The notes: a model not told the origin generated them from the letters alone. DNA of 63,520 bases, filler included, from Nemertoderma westbladi (GCA_032718475.1; 3 parts of 3 records of this genome joined end to end with filler, not necessarily neighbours in it); one strand, 5' to 3'. Shown: positions 11,936-25,939, counted from the first letter of the whole stretch. A program made the numbers and translations.

Positions 11936-12410
11936 CAGACTCTAAGTGGCGATGATAGTTATCACCAGGTCAACTACACATAAATAAATTATTCTAGAAT
12001 ATTTTGTATGCCAAATAGAATAATGACCACCAGCGATCGATAATTGCTGTAATATATGAACGCCTATTAATTACAGTATTATTTTATAGTTTCTCAACTG
12101 AATTAGCATTCATTAAATATTTGGAATCTTTATAATTAAATAAATAAATAATAAATGAAAATAATTTTAAAGCCAAAAAATTCCTGCTCTGGCTGGGTGA
12201 CCTGACCATATCACAGTCGGTACTGGTTCAGTATGCGTACAGCCGTACACCCCCACCAAATTTTTTATACTAATTAGTTTTTGATAATTTTTTTTTTGAA
12301 ATGATCTATAGCTAGTCCTATACACTATGTGCCACTTGGTGCTAGAAAATGTTCTGGGGCACTAGAGGCCCCATGATTCTCAAATTTTGATGTATTGAAT
12401 ACATTTAATA

Positions 12411-13552
12411 GGGTACTACAGTACTAATTCACCATGTTCACACGCCCATCCAATTGATTTCCATTAGGTAAAGTATCTTTGATTTTTTAATATTATGTTT
12501 TAGAACAAAGTCTACATTCTGCCAACATAAATTTTTTATGGTAGATACTATTTTTCAAAATCGTAGTTATTCGGAATATAACGAATTTACTCAAATCCAC
12601 GGCCGATTTTATTATGTTGTCTGATTTAAAATCACTGAGAAGAAATACATATTTTTCAAAATTTTGTTTCAACATTTGAGATTTTGCACTCTAATAGAGC
12701 AATAATTGCAAAACGTTGTTTTTCTGTAGGCCTAATAATTATTGAAATCGTGTAATGTTAAATAAACGAATTTCCTTCCAACATTGTGTATGGGTATGGT
12801 TAAATATGGTGGAAGGTTTCCATAACCGACTACATAATTATTGATCTGCCTCTTAGGTGCCGGTAGCATTCGTAGAACACAGTAGCTGTAAATAACCACT
12901 GTGGCTGTAAATAATCTATGCCAAGTTATCAAAATAACACGATAAGAAAACTTTGTAATATCTACAACTATTCATGTACTCATTGTACTGTATTACGTCC
13001 ATCGATAGTGAAAGGGTATTTCCAACCGCAATAATGGTCCGTCTGCTACTACAAATGCAATAGGTTTCCTTGTAAACATTAACAAATCTGATGTAGGCCT
13101 AGCCTACTTTTATCACGTCTTACTAAAAGTCTAAACGATTCCAATGCCAGGAAATAAAAACCTCTAATCCTATATATTTGAAACCAACAATTAGTATTGA
13201 CTATTAGATGTAAAATCTTGAATGTTATAATATGATTTTTTTTTAAAAGTGCATTTTTTCACAGTGTTTTTAAATGAAAAAACATAACAAAATCATAACA
13301 TTGGCAGTGGATTGAATAAAATCGCTACATTCCGAACAGAATAAGCCCAATGTCAGATCCCTACGATCAAAACTCGCGAAGTTATGACCAAAAATAAGCT
13401 GCTGCCTAATTAAAAAAAATGGACTTTAGTTAATTAAATCTACTAGCTAGCAAAATTACTAGCTAACTGAAATTACTCAGATTGAATTCAAAATGATCGA
13501 AAAAATAATAAAATTGGCCGGCGGTGTCGACATGGTGAACTAGTAGAGTACC
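12411..13552. mobile_element. Possible old non-autonomous DNA transposon
   Basis: Degenerate inverted ends GGTACTAC..TACTAATTCACCATGT versus ACATGGTGAACTAGTAGAGTACC; TSD not clear. Confidence 0.4.
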
Positions 13553-14913
13553 ATTGGGTAGATTTCTATGTATCTAGGGCCCTCCTCCTCACTGAGCAAC
13601 TTTTGTTTCTGTAACTTGCGTCTGAAACAAAAGTCATCAAGTGGGCCAGCAATAAGTTATTGGATACAGTCAAAACATTGCGCAATTTTGGGTAACATTC
13701 TTAAAAATGTTTATTGCATCCCATTTTTATACGAGCTAATATTATATAATTTTTGTGATTTGATTGAACATTATAAATAACTGAAAATGGTAGCTACTTA
13801 TTTGATATCAACGGCTGCGTTAACCTGGTATTTCTGGATCACTTTTCAGATCAATCAATTCCGAAAAGATAGTTGTTGAATATTGTAATATAGTATTATT
13901 CTAGAAATGCTTGTTCATAACAACAACCAATAATAACTTGGGATGATTTTCGCGAAATCAGAAGCTCCTGCCTAACTCTACTCCACTGCGAAATAGCGAA
14001 TAAATGAATAAATCCGAAGTCGCAAAGATTTCGGTAAAACCGAACAGATGTCTCTCCCTAAAATAATGCGGAACCACAACGTTCTAAATACGATCTATTT
14101 TGGACGTTAAGGTCATACCGTAGCCTATATTTCTTAAATCCATTACCATTCCACTGATGGGCCTAACGAGACAGATAGGGGGGGGGGGGGGGGGGGGTTA
14201 AAATAACGTGCCACTGTAACCTGCTCCTTTCCCTAAATTGATAATTTGAGGCGGGATATTAATTCGCCAAGATGGGATTTGCGTCCAGTTCCCACTCCCT
14301 CCCCCCTGTCTCTTACGAGACAAGAAAGAAATTCTGAATTTAACCCACAACTGCGTAAATAAGTACCGGTATCTAGAATCGGCCTCAATGTTCAAAGTAA
14401 ATAGCTTTTACAACGGCAAGTTTAATATCAATTTCTTGAATTAGTTGCATATCATTATGCACAAATTTATATTGATTATTTACAGATCCAATTCTTCTTT
14501 AATCAAATGTACAACGGTGCGCCCACAAACATGCTGTTTGTATCGTAAGATCTTATCTTGTAAATTATAAATATGAATAAATAAATTGTGACGAAAAAAG
14601 AAGAACCACAACAATACGAAAAACACAATTTCGAACATGGCAAGTATGAAGTTAACTACGAAAGCAAACTATCAAAAGCTATGTATTTAGCACAAATAAT
14701 GAAGTCTCCTTCCATAAATGTTGAGATACAAATTACATCGTATTAAATGAATACGATAAATGAAGCATGATGAAGCATCATTATAAATCATTAGCAAACA
14801 TAAACTAAATAAACTGCACTGAATAATATATACAGATTAACAAACTGTTGAAATCAATCTAAAAGTAATTGCACTATTAATACTACTCTGCAGTCTAAAC
14901 ATTGATGGTCCTA

Positions 14914-15140
14914 TCATGCTGGTACGTGAGACAGACCATAGTCTACTGGCCGGATCCTTGATGAAGTCTCGGCATGCTCTGATTGGTTGTTCGTTGGTGA
15001 TAAGTTAGGCAATACTTGCTCCCATTGGTAGGCTGAAGCGTGAATAGCTTGGGTAAGCCACGGGTGGGATTGCAGTTCAGACATTGTCAGTCTGTATTCC
15101 GGGTTGGGGTGAAGCAACAGCGATACAAGTTCCATTAGTT
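14914..15140 (-). CDS. PASK: PAS domain-containing Ser/Thr kinase, last exon
   Basis: AG acceptor at 15141-42; (E)LMELVSLLLHPNPEYRLTMSELQSHPWLTQ..Y.WE.V matches the PASK kinase C-terminus; phase fits exon 22193-22326. Confidence 0.88.
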
Positions 15141-16489
15141 CTGAAAGAGACCAAATTATATTAATTAATTAGCACATAAGTTTATATTAGCTATAAATTA
15201 ACTGCAAAAACCCCAACTTCGCAAAATGTTGCGATTCAATGGAAAATTTAAAAAATTCACACTGGCCTGCGCACATTAATTATTTTAAAATATATAAAAA
15301 ATTGCACGAAATATTAAGGTAACTGATGCAAAAAATATAGATCAGATATAGATATTTCACTGACAAGGAAATTCAATAATTTGCAAATTACACCACATTT
15401 TTACCCGAATTGACCAGATTTTATATGTGGCCTTTGAATATATTGTGATGGTTACCGTACTGTTTATGCCATATTATGCACCATTTCCCATAAAAGTTAT
15501 GTTGATGAAAAAAAGTAACTTACGATAATTAAGTTATTCACTTTTGATACCGATATATTTGCTATGCTATACTAAAGTACGCAGTTAGAAATTCGCAGTT
15601 CAAACATGTCAGAAACATAAGTAGAGCATTAAAGCACTGGTCTATGTAGTATACAATTATCACTGTTTTATCATGTATTCTCGCGTATTGCAAAATCTGA
15701 TAAGAGTCTTTATTCCCGCTATAAACGGGTTTATAATGGGTTGATCTTGATATACTCTTTTACCCCTGTTCATATACAGTTTGTTACTAAATTCGAAAAT
15801 TATTTTGAAGTTGTCTTGCTGATAGTTGCGTTTCTCAACAACATTTTTTGGCACACAAAAGATTTTTTTCCAAGGCGAAAATAAACAAAGTAATGAAAAT
15901 GTGAAAATATATTTTGTTACATTTTTCAACTTAACAGCGTTCTGGTGGATTACTCGTAACTTTGAAGCGTTCCGTCCAATAGGCCGCAACGATACAAAGT
16001 AGTACTTTGAGGCGTTGCGGCCTATTGGACGGAACGCTGCAAAGGAATCAATGACATGGAAACAACTTCAATTACCGTATTCCAGAATGTATTATTTCCA
16101 TTTATATTAATGCGTGTTTCTTTATTCAATAAAGCAGCCACGTGTTTGCATAATACGTTCGTCCAGTTTGAAGTGACGCGACTAGCTACTGTATGTAAAT
16201 AATTGTTTAACATGTAAGACTGGATTCCATACGTCCCATTAGAGAAAATGAGCAAAGAAAATATGGCGACAGTGTTCAGTAAAACTGAACGGACACAGAC
16301 GGTGAATGTCGGTAATCAGAGAAAACTGTTTGGAGGTGTGCATAATTTAATATCCTCAAGTAGGATCGGTTTGCTGCCGCAACATGATTCTGATGGTGAA
16401 CGCAGGAATTAGCAGATCAATTTGCTGATTTCTTTGAGAATAAAGTTACTGGAATTATATTGGATATAGAGAATGATACCGGTTCATCA

Positions 16490-18208
16490 GCTCCTAAATT
16501 ATACAAAATTGACAGCAACAAGGGGTATTATTGTTGCGATGAGGTTCCTGAATTTTCAGGAGTCCCATTCGTCGAATTCGACGTCGTAGCTGAGGATGAA
16601 GTGAAAAGTTAGTTGATGAAGCTAAGGTTAAAACTAGTCCGCAGGATCCACTTCCCAGCTCTATTCTAAAATGTTCAATTGCTTGTTTGATGTCTATAAT
16701 AACACTCATCATCAACCTATCATTGTCAATGGCAACAGTACCTCACTATTTAAAGATGCTGTGTTAAATCCACTCCTTAAAAAGTGTTCTTTAAACCCTG
16801 AGTGGCTCACGAATTTTCGCCCAGTTTCAAATCTTATATTTATGTCCAAGTTGGTAGAACGCGTAGTTGTAAATTCGCTTATTCGCCATATGAACTTAAA
16901 CAATTTATTTGAACCTCACCAGAGTGCGTATCGACAATTCTATAGTGTTGAATCAGCACAACTACGAGTCAATAATGATAAGCTTCAGAACATTGATGAC
17001 GGATCTTTAGTGCTGCTAGTTATGTTAGATTTGAGTGCAGCCTTCGACACTGTGGACCATGAGTTATTGCTACAGATTCTAGAACGTGATATCGGAGTGC
17101 GAGGTAATGTACTCGGGTGGTTTAAATCATATTTGAACAGTAGGATTCAACGTGTGCGGGTTGGCAGATCTTATTCTGCAGAGAAGCAACTGCGATATAT
17201 AGGGCTCTCTACTCGGCCCACTACTATTTAGTATTTACACTCGATCCCTGTCCTCGGTTATTAAAAGACATGGTTTATGGTTTATCTTATCACCTGACGG
17301 CTGACGATACACAGATCTATATAGCTTTCAAACCCCAAAGATATTAATCGTAATATAGCCGTTACAGAGGCATGTTTGAATGACATTAAACAATGGATGG
17401 ATTGTCACTTCCTTAGAATGAATGCGGACAAAACCGAGGTACTACTGATGCAATCATGTTTTAGCAGCCAGTTACTGAGTACCGATATCAAAGTGTCTGG
17501 GGATGTCATTGTAGGTAGCAATTCGGCGCGGAATATCGGTGTTATTATGGATTCTCATTTGACACTTGAAAAACACATTTCAAAAGTGGTTCAGGAGTCA
17601 TTCTATCACCTGCGGAATAATTCCAAAGTTAAACGCTATTTCTCTAACAGCGAGTTACAAACCCTGGTCCACGCGTTTATCACTAGTAAACTGGATTGCA
17701 ACAATTCTCTATATTTTGGTTTAGCGTGGAAGATCATAAGGAAACTGCAATACGTGCAGAATTCTGCAGCGCGCTTGTTGTGCAATGTTAAAAAAAGGGA
17801 TCGCTTACACATCACTCCATTCCTGAAAAGCCTGCATTGGTTACCTGTGTTATATCGCATTGATTTTAAAATTAAAAAACGAGAAACGAGCATTTTCGGT
17901 GGCAGCCCCAACCGTATGGAATTCACTACCAGCAGATATCCGCACGGCCAAAACGCTGGATATTTTTAAACGAAGACTTAAAACATTTATTTCTTACGGT
18001 CATTCGGCGAATAAAACAAGATCTAACTTTAGGACGGAGTTGGGGAGGGGGGGGGGGGGGGGGGGTATTTGTATTTTCTTTTTATCATATTCATACGTGT
18101 ACATACTGTACGTCGGTAATTGTACGTCGGATCACTTGTATACTGTATGCGCCTAGAACACAGTGTATTGGCGCTATATAAATACTTATTATTATTATTA
18201 TTATTATT
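16490..18208 (+). mobile_element. L2/CR1-group LINE, 5'-truncated and frameshifted, in PASK intron
   Basis: RT motifs NFRPVSNL, QSAYR, LDLSAAFDTVDH, ADDTQIY, LHWLPV..RIDFKI; 3' end GCGCTATATAAATA followed by (TTA)n. 5' boundary approximate. Confidence 0.88.
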
Positions 18209-18227
18209 AGACGGTGACTCAAAAAAA

Positions 18228-18499
18228 GGAAAAGTAAATTTTCTTCGGCCGCTAGGCCAGGGATTACGCACAAAGTCTGACGACTTATTTCCAGTGCGGT
18301 CCCCCCAGAACTTTACTCCCCAGAGGAAACCCCAGTACTCATTTAGCTACCACTTAAGGATGCAAGGCAGAGATGCGCCCTGGCTGGTCCCTTTAAAGCA
18401 TTCGTGCCGAAACGAAAACTGCCCTGGCCCATGTGAGGATCGAACCCACGACCTACAGGAGATGTGAATTCAATACAACCACTACACCAGGGAGGAACC
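18228..18499 (-). mobile_element. tRNA-derived SINE, family A copy 2
   Basis: Near-identical to 3772-4042; lies tail-to-tail with the L2 element. Confidence 0.8.
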
Positions 18500-19542
18500 T
18501 AAAGACTCCGTTTGCTTCAGTCAACGATGGATCAAAGATTTATCACATCCATGCAGGAGATAACTTCCAATAAACTTTAATTAGATTTAAATGTATAATT
18601 AATAATGTGTACCTGTTAATAAATTTCACTTATATTCGATATAGTACATGATTAAAATGTATTAAAGAGCATCTATAAAATCCTATCTTCACATACCGAA
18701 CGCTGATAAGTTGGCATAATGTAACAAAATTACATACATCATTGCTTGCAAAGGTCACTTTTCAGCGTTAAAGACCCTTGTTTATTTATGTAAACCTCCC
18801 TCGCTCGGTACATAAATAAACTCGGGTCATAACGCTGCAAAGTGCTACTTAGCACACAATTATGTAAATAGTTATGGTGGAATTTCTTAATTTTATTCCT
18901 AAATTGAAACAACATCACACACAGTATAAAAGATTTGCATCAATATACATAATAATTCGAATAGCAGTAACTTTGGAAGCTATTTAGCAAAATACTTTTG
19001 TTCAATTTCTTTCTTAATGTTTCACTACGGCATGTCGTTCTTTTTTATTAAATAATTAAGCAACAAAAAAGTACCAATTAAAAACAATAATAATTATTTA
19101 TTACTTGTGAACAAACGTATGCAAACCTTTTCTACTTCGATGCTGTTATTAACACGTATGTAATATAATTAAGAAATTCCACCAAAAATATTTTCACGTT
19201 TTCTTATTTGGGTTTTATTCGAGGAGAAACATGTGAAATCAATGCAATCATACTGTTTTACTTTTTTCCCAGGGAAAAAAAGCACCTTTTTTTCTCCCGA
19301 TTTTGGCCGATTCGGGCGATAAAAGCAACAATTTTAGAATAAAATTACGTAAACAAAGCAATTTATAACAAGGAAAAAAAGCAAACATTTTCTTCAATAT
19401 TCTCTCAGGTTTTATTACCTCGTTGGCGCTCGCTCAGTCTCACTTACCCATCGTTTCATAAAACATCTGCTGACGCCAATAGTTCGGCCCACGGGTAGCA
19501 GCTACAATAGAGTGACAATAGAAACATTACTAACAACCTAAT

Positions 19543-19683
19543 ATGACTCCATACATCGTTGTTGCCTTGTTGGCTACAACCGCTTTGGCCCAGCAATGCG
19601 GACACCCTGCTCTGAGTCCACAAATAGATCAGTCTAGAATAGTCAATGGGGAAGAGGCTGGAAGAAACACTTGGCCATGGCAG
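19543..19683 (+). CDS. Chymotrypsin/elastase-like S1 serine protease, exon 1 (signal peptide and activation site)
   Basis: MTPYIVVALLATTALAQQCGHP..SR|IVNGEEAGRNTWPWQ followed by a GT donor; absent from the ORF track. Confidence 0.9.
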
Positions 19684-19816
19684 GTAAATATTCTAAAGCT
19701 AATATTATAATATGTGCTATGTGCTAATATTCTAAGCTTTCACACTGCCAAATATTAGCAATAAGTATACCGGTGCAGTCAACTTGAAACTCTACAATCA
19801 CTACTTTATATTACAG

Positions 19817-19984
19817 GTATCTCTGCAACTGTTTGGTTTGTTTTATTGGTATCACCACTGTGGTGGAAGCATAATAAATTCCGAGTGGATCGTGACCGCC
19901 AGTCATTGTGTTCATCAAAATATTGCAAATGATTTTTATGTTCTTGCCGGGGAACATAATCTTGATTCCGAGGAAGGACCAGAG
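19817..19984 (+). CDS. S1 serine protease exon 2 (catalytic His)
   Basis: AG/GT bounded; VSLQ..HHCGGSIINSEWIVTASHC. Confidence 0.92.
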
Positions 19985-20588
19985 GTAAGTTACAAAACCA
20001 GTGAAACACCACTAGTTCTGCCTCGCTTGATCCCATGTCCTTAAGACAACAAAGTCGGTTGCTAAACGCTTCGGGACCAGATAATGCAATTAATACCAGT
20101 TGAACGAATTGGGGGACCATATACAATAACAATTACCGGTACTGTATATTCCATTAGCACGTTATAAGATTACAGTGCTTTAAAATAGGAGCATTAGTGA
20201 AGAATTTTATAGACGATAATTATTAATTTATGTGTATCGTTAGACGTTTGACATACTTTTTCGATATACCGGTACGGTACTGAGGCCTGTGATAAACTAA
20301 TCTAAAGTATGTAGGCCTAGGGTAGGCCGACCATTGCACCGGTGCAGTTCTAGGCCTACAAAGATAGTCCGTGAGAGTGAACTGAAAGTATGTGTGGTCA
20401 ACCTGTACCGGTAACGGGGCCTTAACTCATACGCTGTATCATATGGACAGCACTGGATTTCTCACCCGCCGTATAAAGTTATACATACATCGTCTTCTAT
20501 CTACAAAGTTACATAATATTTCCATTTTCAAATAAAATTATTTCTTACACAGTAAAAATCTCCCTAAATTTATAAATATTACAAACAG

Positions 20589-20845
20589 GTCTACTACGAA
20601 GTCGAATTAATTATTGAACATGAAGGATTTTCTATGACAGAAGGAAACAACGATATTGCGCTCATGAAACTTACTAAACCAATAGAGTTCACCGATGCTA
20701 TCAGTCCTATATGTCTACCTGATCAAGATTACGCACCACCCCATCTCCATAGTGACTGCTATGCTACAGGATGGGGTGATACTCTAGGTACTGGTGAAAA
20801 CACTGTATTGAGACAAGTAGCTTTACCGCCTTGGGATAAAGATAT
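20589..20845 (+). CDS. S1 serine protease exon 3 (catalytic Asp)
   Basis: AG/GT bounded; NDIALMKL..PICLP..CYATGWG. Confidence 0.92.
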
Positions 20846-20899
20846 GTGAGTCATTTATGAATTATTGAACATAAATACTGGGGCATATTGCCAATCTGT

Positions 20900-21110
20900 G
20901 GGCGAGGGTAGCTCAGTTGGGTTGAACGCCGGGCTTACAATCTATTGGTTGTAGGTTCGAGCCCCGCCTGTTTCCAGGAGGACCCAGATGAATTACTGTG
21001 AGTTCAACTTGGGATAGGAGTACGCGCTCACCCTTAACTTCGGGTAGCAGCTATCGAAAGAGGAACCTTCGGGTCGCCTCCGGCTTCGGCAGACTGTTTG
21101 CTTGCTTGCT
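20900..21110 (+). mobile_element. tRNA-derived SINE, family B, in protease intron 3
   Basis: A box TAGCTCAGTTGG, B box GGTTCGAGCCCC, body containing TTCGGGTAGCAG, tail (TTGC)n. Confidence 0.7.
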
Positions 21111-21238
21111 AGCCACTATAAACAGCTGGTAAAATCCTGTAATCCACAGCTCGTGTAATGATTTAAGACTTCGAGATTTATGGTCAGAAATACAAATCGA
21201 ATTTCATTCAATATATTTTAGATAATAATTATTTCTAG

Positions 21239-21494
21239 ATGCATGGCTGAGACTCTATGGGGACAATCGATTAAACATCCCGGTAACATGTGCGCCGGTA
21301 TAAACGATGGTAGTTCAGCTTGTAATGGTGACTCTGGTGGGCCGCTCAGCTGCAACCTGGATGGCCGATGGGTTCTCATTGGAGTAGGAAGTCATAGTAA
21401 GTCGATGGAATGTTACGAGGCAGATTATCCTAATATTTTCGCTAACGTCGCTAATTATAGAAATTGGATTGATCAAAAGATCCAATCAAACTAG
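21239..21494 (+). CDS. S1 serine protease exon 4 (catalytic Ser)
   Basis: Phase-consistent acceptor; MCAG..SACNGDSGGPLSC..YPNIFANV..Y.NWI, then stop. Confidence 0.92.
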
Positions 21495-22106
21495 ACCTGA
21501 TTTTGTCCGTAAACATTTGGTTATATTGATGGAATAGTTGGTACAGTATATGGTATAATGATAAGGTAATATCTCACATTATATATTATAGCTATAGGTG
21601 CATATAATATGACAGGATTCCATGTTCTGAAATACATTGGTGGTTGGGTAATTTCTGGCAAAGCGAAACTGATCTATTTTATCGGGTACCCGGTATTCTT
21701 TCAAAATTTCACAATGGTTGTTAACAATATTTTACAGAATATTTCCCAATTTAATGGCGCATTTCTCAGTTCTGTGAAATTTAATACGGGCAGCTGATTT
21801 GGCTAAACCAAAATCTCGCAATCAACTGTATTTATTGTACAGTTAAATAAATAAATTATTCTGGTAAATCACTAATTCGCTAGACTACTTTCTCTTCCCT
21901 GCAGCCGCCTGCACTGCACCATTTGTTTGGCTTGTATAGTCAATTTCGTATAATTGCCATGGGGTAAATAATATGATCCGCAAAAATTTATATTATCGAC
22001 AATTTTTACGACATCGACAATAAGGTGATATAGATTAGAATCCATAAAATGTGGTTTTGATTTATTGCGAATGACTTTTTTGTTTTAAGCGATATTAACT
22101 GGATTA

Positions 22107-22373
<267 letters not shown>

Positions 22374-22444
22374 CTACGGTGCGATATAGTAGAGAGGAGA
22401 CACCCCGCAATGCGATAATTATTAACTATTATTGTGGTAAAATA

Positions 22445-22705
22445 CAGGGATGGCATAACGAAACGAAACGAAGCATTTTTGGCAATAACGTAACAAAAAA
22501 ATGTTAAACGAAACGAAATAAAAATTTATGCTAAAATAGTTTTCGTTTCGTTAAAATACAAAGTTATTAATCAAAATTTAATCAAATTTAATAAACACAT
22601 TGAATAATATAAAAAAATAATTGAAAAATTAAATAATAATGATACTAGAAATTTTTGAAAACAAAACGAAATTGAAATTACTTTAGTTTCGTTTTGCCAT
22701 CCCTA
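22445..22705. mobile_element. hAT-type MITE
   Basis: TIR CAGGGATGGCA.AACGAAAC / GTTTCGTTTTGCCATCCCTA with exact 8-bp TSD GTAAAATA; subterminal AACGA repeats. Confidence 0.88.
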
Positions 22706-22746
22706 GTAAAATATACTGTAGTAGATGTAGAAGCAAACAATACTTA

Positions 22747-22947
<201 letters not shown>

Positions 22948-23155
22948 CTAGACGACGAGAAACGTCATCATTAGAAAATATATTTAAACTTAATCGTTGG
23001 GTGGAATTTGAAATATTACTCAAACGACACAATGGTATAAAAATATTATATAGACAAAACGATTTTCGTGACATCTATGGGGAAAATCGACTCAAATAAC
23101 AGCTGATTACACCCAAAAATAAACCTCGACTGTAACCTGTTCTGTTCTATTGACT

Positions 23156-24146
23156 TGGGCGATATACAAAAAAGTGGCCAAACCAGAGTAATTTTTTTGT
23201 AAAAAATAAAGTTTCTCAAAACCCAACATATATATTATATTCTGAAAGCTCAGAGTCTGTAGAATTCAATGCGAGTTTTGGCTGACCTTAAATATGATCT
23301 GTAAAAAATATACTGCTTGTCCATTCCTGTCCACTTCCTGTAACCATTATTTTAATACAATTCTTGGATAATTGGTTACAGGCGTGGGACACTTGCTTGC
23401 CTGTAACCTTCCATGTAAATGTAATGAGAGCCGGTTACAGGCAGTTACAGGTGGGGGACGTTTTATGGTACGACTGACACTGCCAAACACACATTATAAA
23501 TGCTGTGTATGACCATTATATATCAAATGAAAGCATTTTCAAGGACGATTTCAGAACTGTTATTGTTTTACCGAGGTACCAATTATATGCGATTCTATTA
23601 GCTTTAACGTTGGTTACAGGAGGGTACAGTTTATGGTTTTCCCTCCCGATCTGAGGCTCTTCAAACCCACATCTTCAAAAGTTTTCGATGAATTTGTATA
23701 ATTGTTTTTGTGTGTTACAGCTGAGTAATTGCAGATTCTTAAAAAAAAATGTCAAGGTGTGCCTGTAACCATAATTGTCGTTATTCAATTTTTGCCATTC
23801 GGTGAGATTTTTAGTGGTGTAGTAGAAAACAAAATGTTCCAGGATCTCCTGTATGCTAAACTATACATCTACAGATTATGATTTTTCTTAAAAATTATAG
23901 ACTTTGTTATGTTACATAACTGCTCCTAATAATTTTTTTATCAAAATATCACGTTTTCAGTGGTTTTGACGATATCAAGCAAAATGTAATGCTATTTATT
24001 TACAGTAGCGTTTAGCAAACATGGTTTCCTAGATTCCTGATGGAAATGTCTACCTGTAACATTTTAATTCATGAGATTTCATTCAGTAGAAATGGAATTA
24101 CATCACGGTCTCACTTTTTTGTGGACACTTTTTTGTATATTGCTCC
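23156..24146. mobile_element. Non-autonomous DNA transposon (Sola2-like) inserted in another dispersed repeat
   Basis: ~24-bp TIR GRGCRATATACAAAAAAGTG.CCA and 4-bp direct repeat GACT; the flanks rejoin into the repeat family also seen near 3250-3340 and 29445-29560. Confidence 0.6.
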
Positions 24147-24510
24147 GACTGTAGTTTATTGATTTGGTTAGAATAACGTGCCACCCTGACCTACCAATAT
24201 ATACGTTCATGAAATCTGCATTCTGAATGCAGCTTTCATGGTCGTATATTTAGTAGGTCATGGTGCCACAAATCCAAAAACTTAGAAAATCTAAATTTTG
24301 TTTAGTAAACCAAAATAATTTGCTCAATGGCGAATGAGTTGAGAAAGTGAAAAGTTAAAGTATGCCATACATTACTGCTGTTTATTATTACTGCTTGCTT
24401 TCTACTTTATTCAAAATTCTGTAATCACAAATATCATCGAAATATTTAACAAATTAGGCCTACTAGTATTTAATACAGATACAGCTTTGATAAACTCTAT
24501 TGGGAAGGAA

Positions 24511-24591
24511 TTTTGTTGACAAGCCGGCACAGCATTCTTAAAAATGCAGCTGCAATGCAGCATGCCGATCCTAGTAGTAGTAGTAGTAGTA
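24511..24591 (+). mobile_element. Extremely 5'-truncated RTE LINE (3' tail only)
   Basis: Matches the RTE 3' end at 62255-62339 including the (TAG)n tail; flanked by GGGAAGGAAT / GGGGAGGAAT. Confidence 0.85.
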
Positions 24592-25675
24592 GGGGAGGAA
24601 TACTCCACCTTATTGTCAATGGTCACAGTTGAAAGGGTCAACGAAAAAAAAAACATTTGTGATAAATGCGTTGAAAGTTTTTGTTGTTGAAATTCAATTA
24701 AATGCTTATATTAATTCTTGTTACAAAGAACTGGAGAGAAATTTGATTCAAATTATGATCACGATGCTAAATTCACTTTTATACTTCAGTAACAATGTAT
24801 TCTGAAGGCAGATTATTGGTATTTTTATTTTATCATACAGTCATAATTAATTGTTACCGTAACCAATAAGAGTTCGAAAGGCATAGAACTTAAACGACTT
24901 TCTAAACAATAATATCCCCCCGGGGCTTTATTATTTAGGCGAGTGCAGATGCATTAATTTATATTAAATTCTAAGCTAGCGGTATTCATTCACCGAGGCC
25001 GTGTTGAATGGCTAAAGTTCCCGGTAGGATTACAACCCGGTCGCACTTGGTCCCTTTCTACTATGATCGGCTCACCCTTAGCTAACTGTACATAATCAAC
25101 CCCAGCCATTATTTTTCATGTTTCCTTGAAAAGTGCTCTAAAAAGAATTTAAATTACGGGAATGTCAGTGAAACACTCTTAGACTGTGATGATTGTATAG
25201 TCTGCCAATCTACGTATACACAATACCGCAAAAATGAATGTATTTTATATTATATGAGTTGGTACAAATTAAACTGATGTAGATGAATCAGATTTAGAGA
25301 TTTGAGGGTTCGATTTTGTTGAATGAACAATCAAAAATTAAGTATGGTTAATATCCGAATGTTAAATTCTGATTTATAGGTGTTTCTATTAACACTGTGT
25401 CCTGTGCCACAGAAACCTGCCATTTCCCTGTACATGTATGTTAATAACACATAGTTAATTGATATTAAACAAAAACGAAAGGCCCCAGTTTATGGCATTA
25501 CCACTTACAGATATGTAATGAAATACAACAATGATACAGATAATCATCGGTCATTCATATGTACAATCTGATTTCACGGTCATTGACTGTTTGATCTTAC
25601 TTTGAGAATCAATTACAATAAGATATTATTTTACGTGTTACACCATGCCATGGAATTTAGTGTCTTTATTCAGAT

Positions 25676-25775
25676 NNNNNNNNNNNNNNNNNNNNNNNNN
25701 NNNNNNNNNNNNNNNNNNNTTAATTAATTAANNNNNNNNNNNNNNNNNNNNNNNNNNNNNNNNNNNNNNNNNNNN
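25676..25775. other. Artificial contig spacer (N run, TTAATTAATTAA, N run)
   Basis: 100 bp long, with a palindromic six-frame-stop linker in the middle. Confidence 0.95.
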
Positions 25776-25847
25776 TCTCCCTTCTTATAGACGAATCCAA
25801 CATGTCCCGTACTGTCTTTATGAAGGGTTAGGGCTCGTTCAAACGGT
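25776..25847 (-). CDS. SDCBP: Syntenin exon 5 (start of PDZ2), cut by the spacer
   Basis: AG acceptor; (R)[24 protein letters not shown] resembles syntenin [24 protein letters not shown]. Confidence 0.9.
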
Positions 25848-25939
25848 CTGAAAAAGAAAATACCAAACCCATGTTATTATAATGTTGAGTTAAGGTCGTC
25901 GTTGCATTCTGAGTCAGAGGTGCTTATAGAAAGCCAGCA

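Noticed and set aside
20900-20972. Functional tRNA gene
   Set aside because: The anticodon and acceptor stems pair poorly and the sequence continues into a SINE body and tail; the tRNA-like unit at 36960-37030 likewise has a poor anticodon arm and sits inside a repeat insert.
25720-25731. TTAATTAATTAA as a biological palindrome
   Set aside because: It is centred in N-runs at both gaps and is therefore a synthetic linker.
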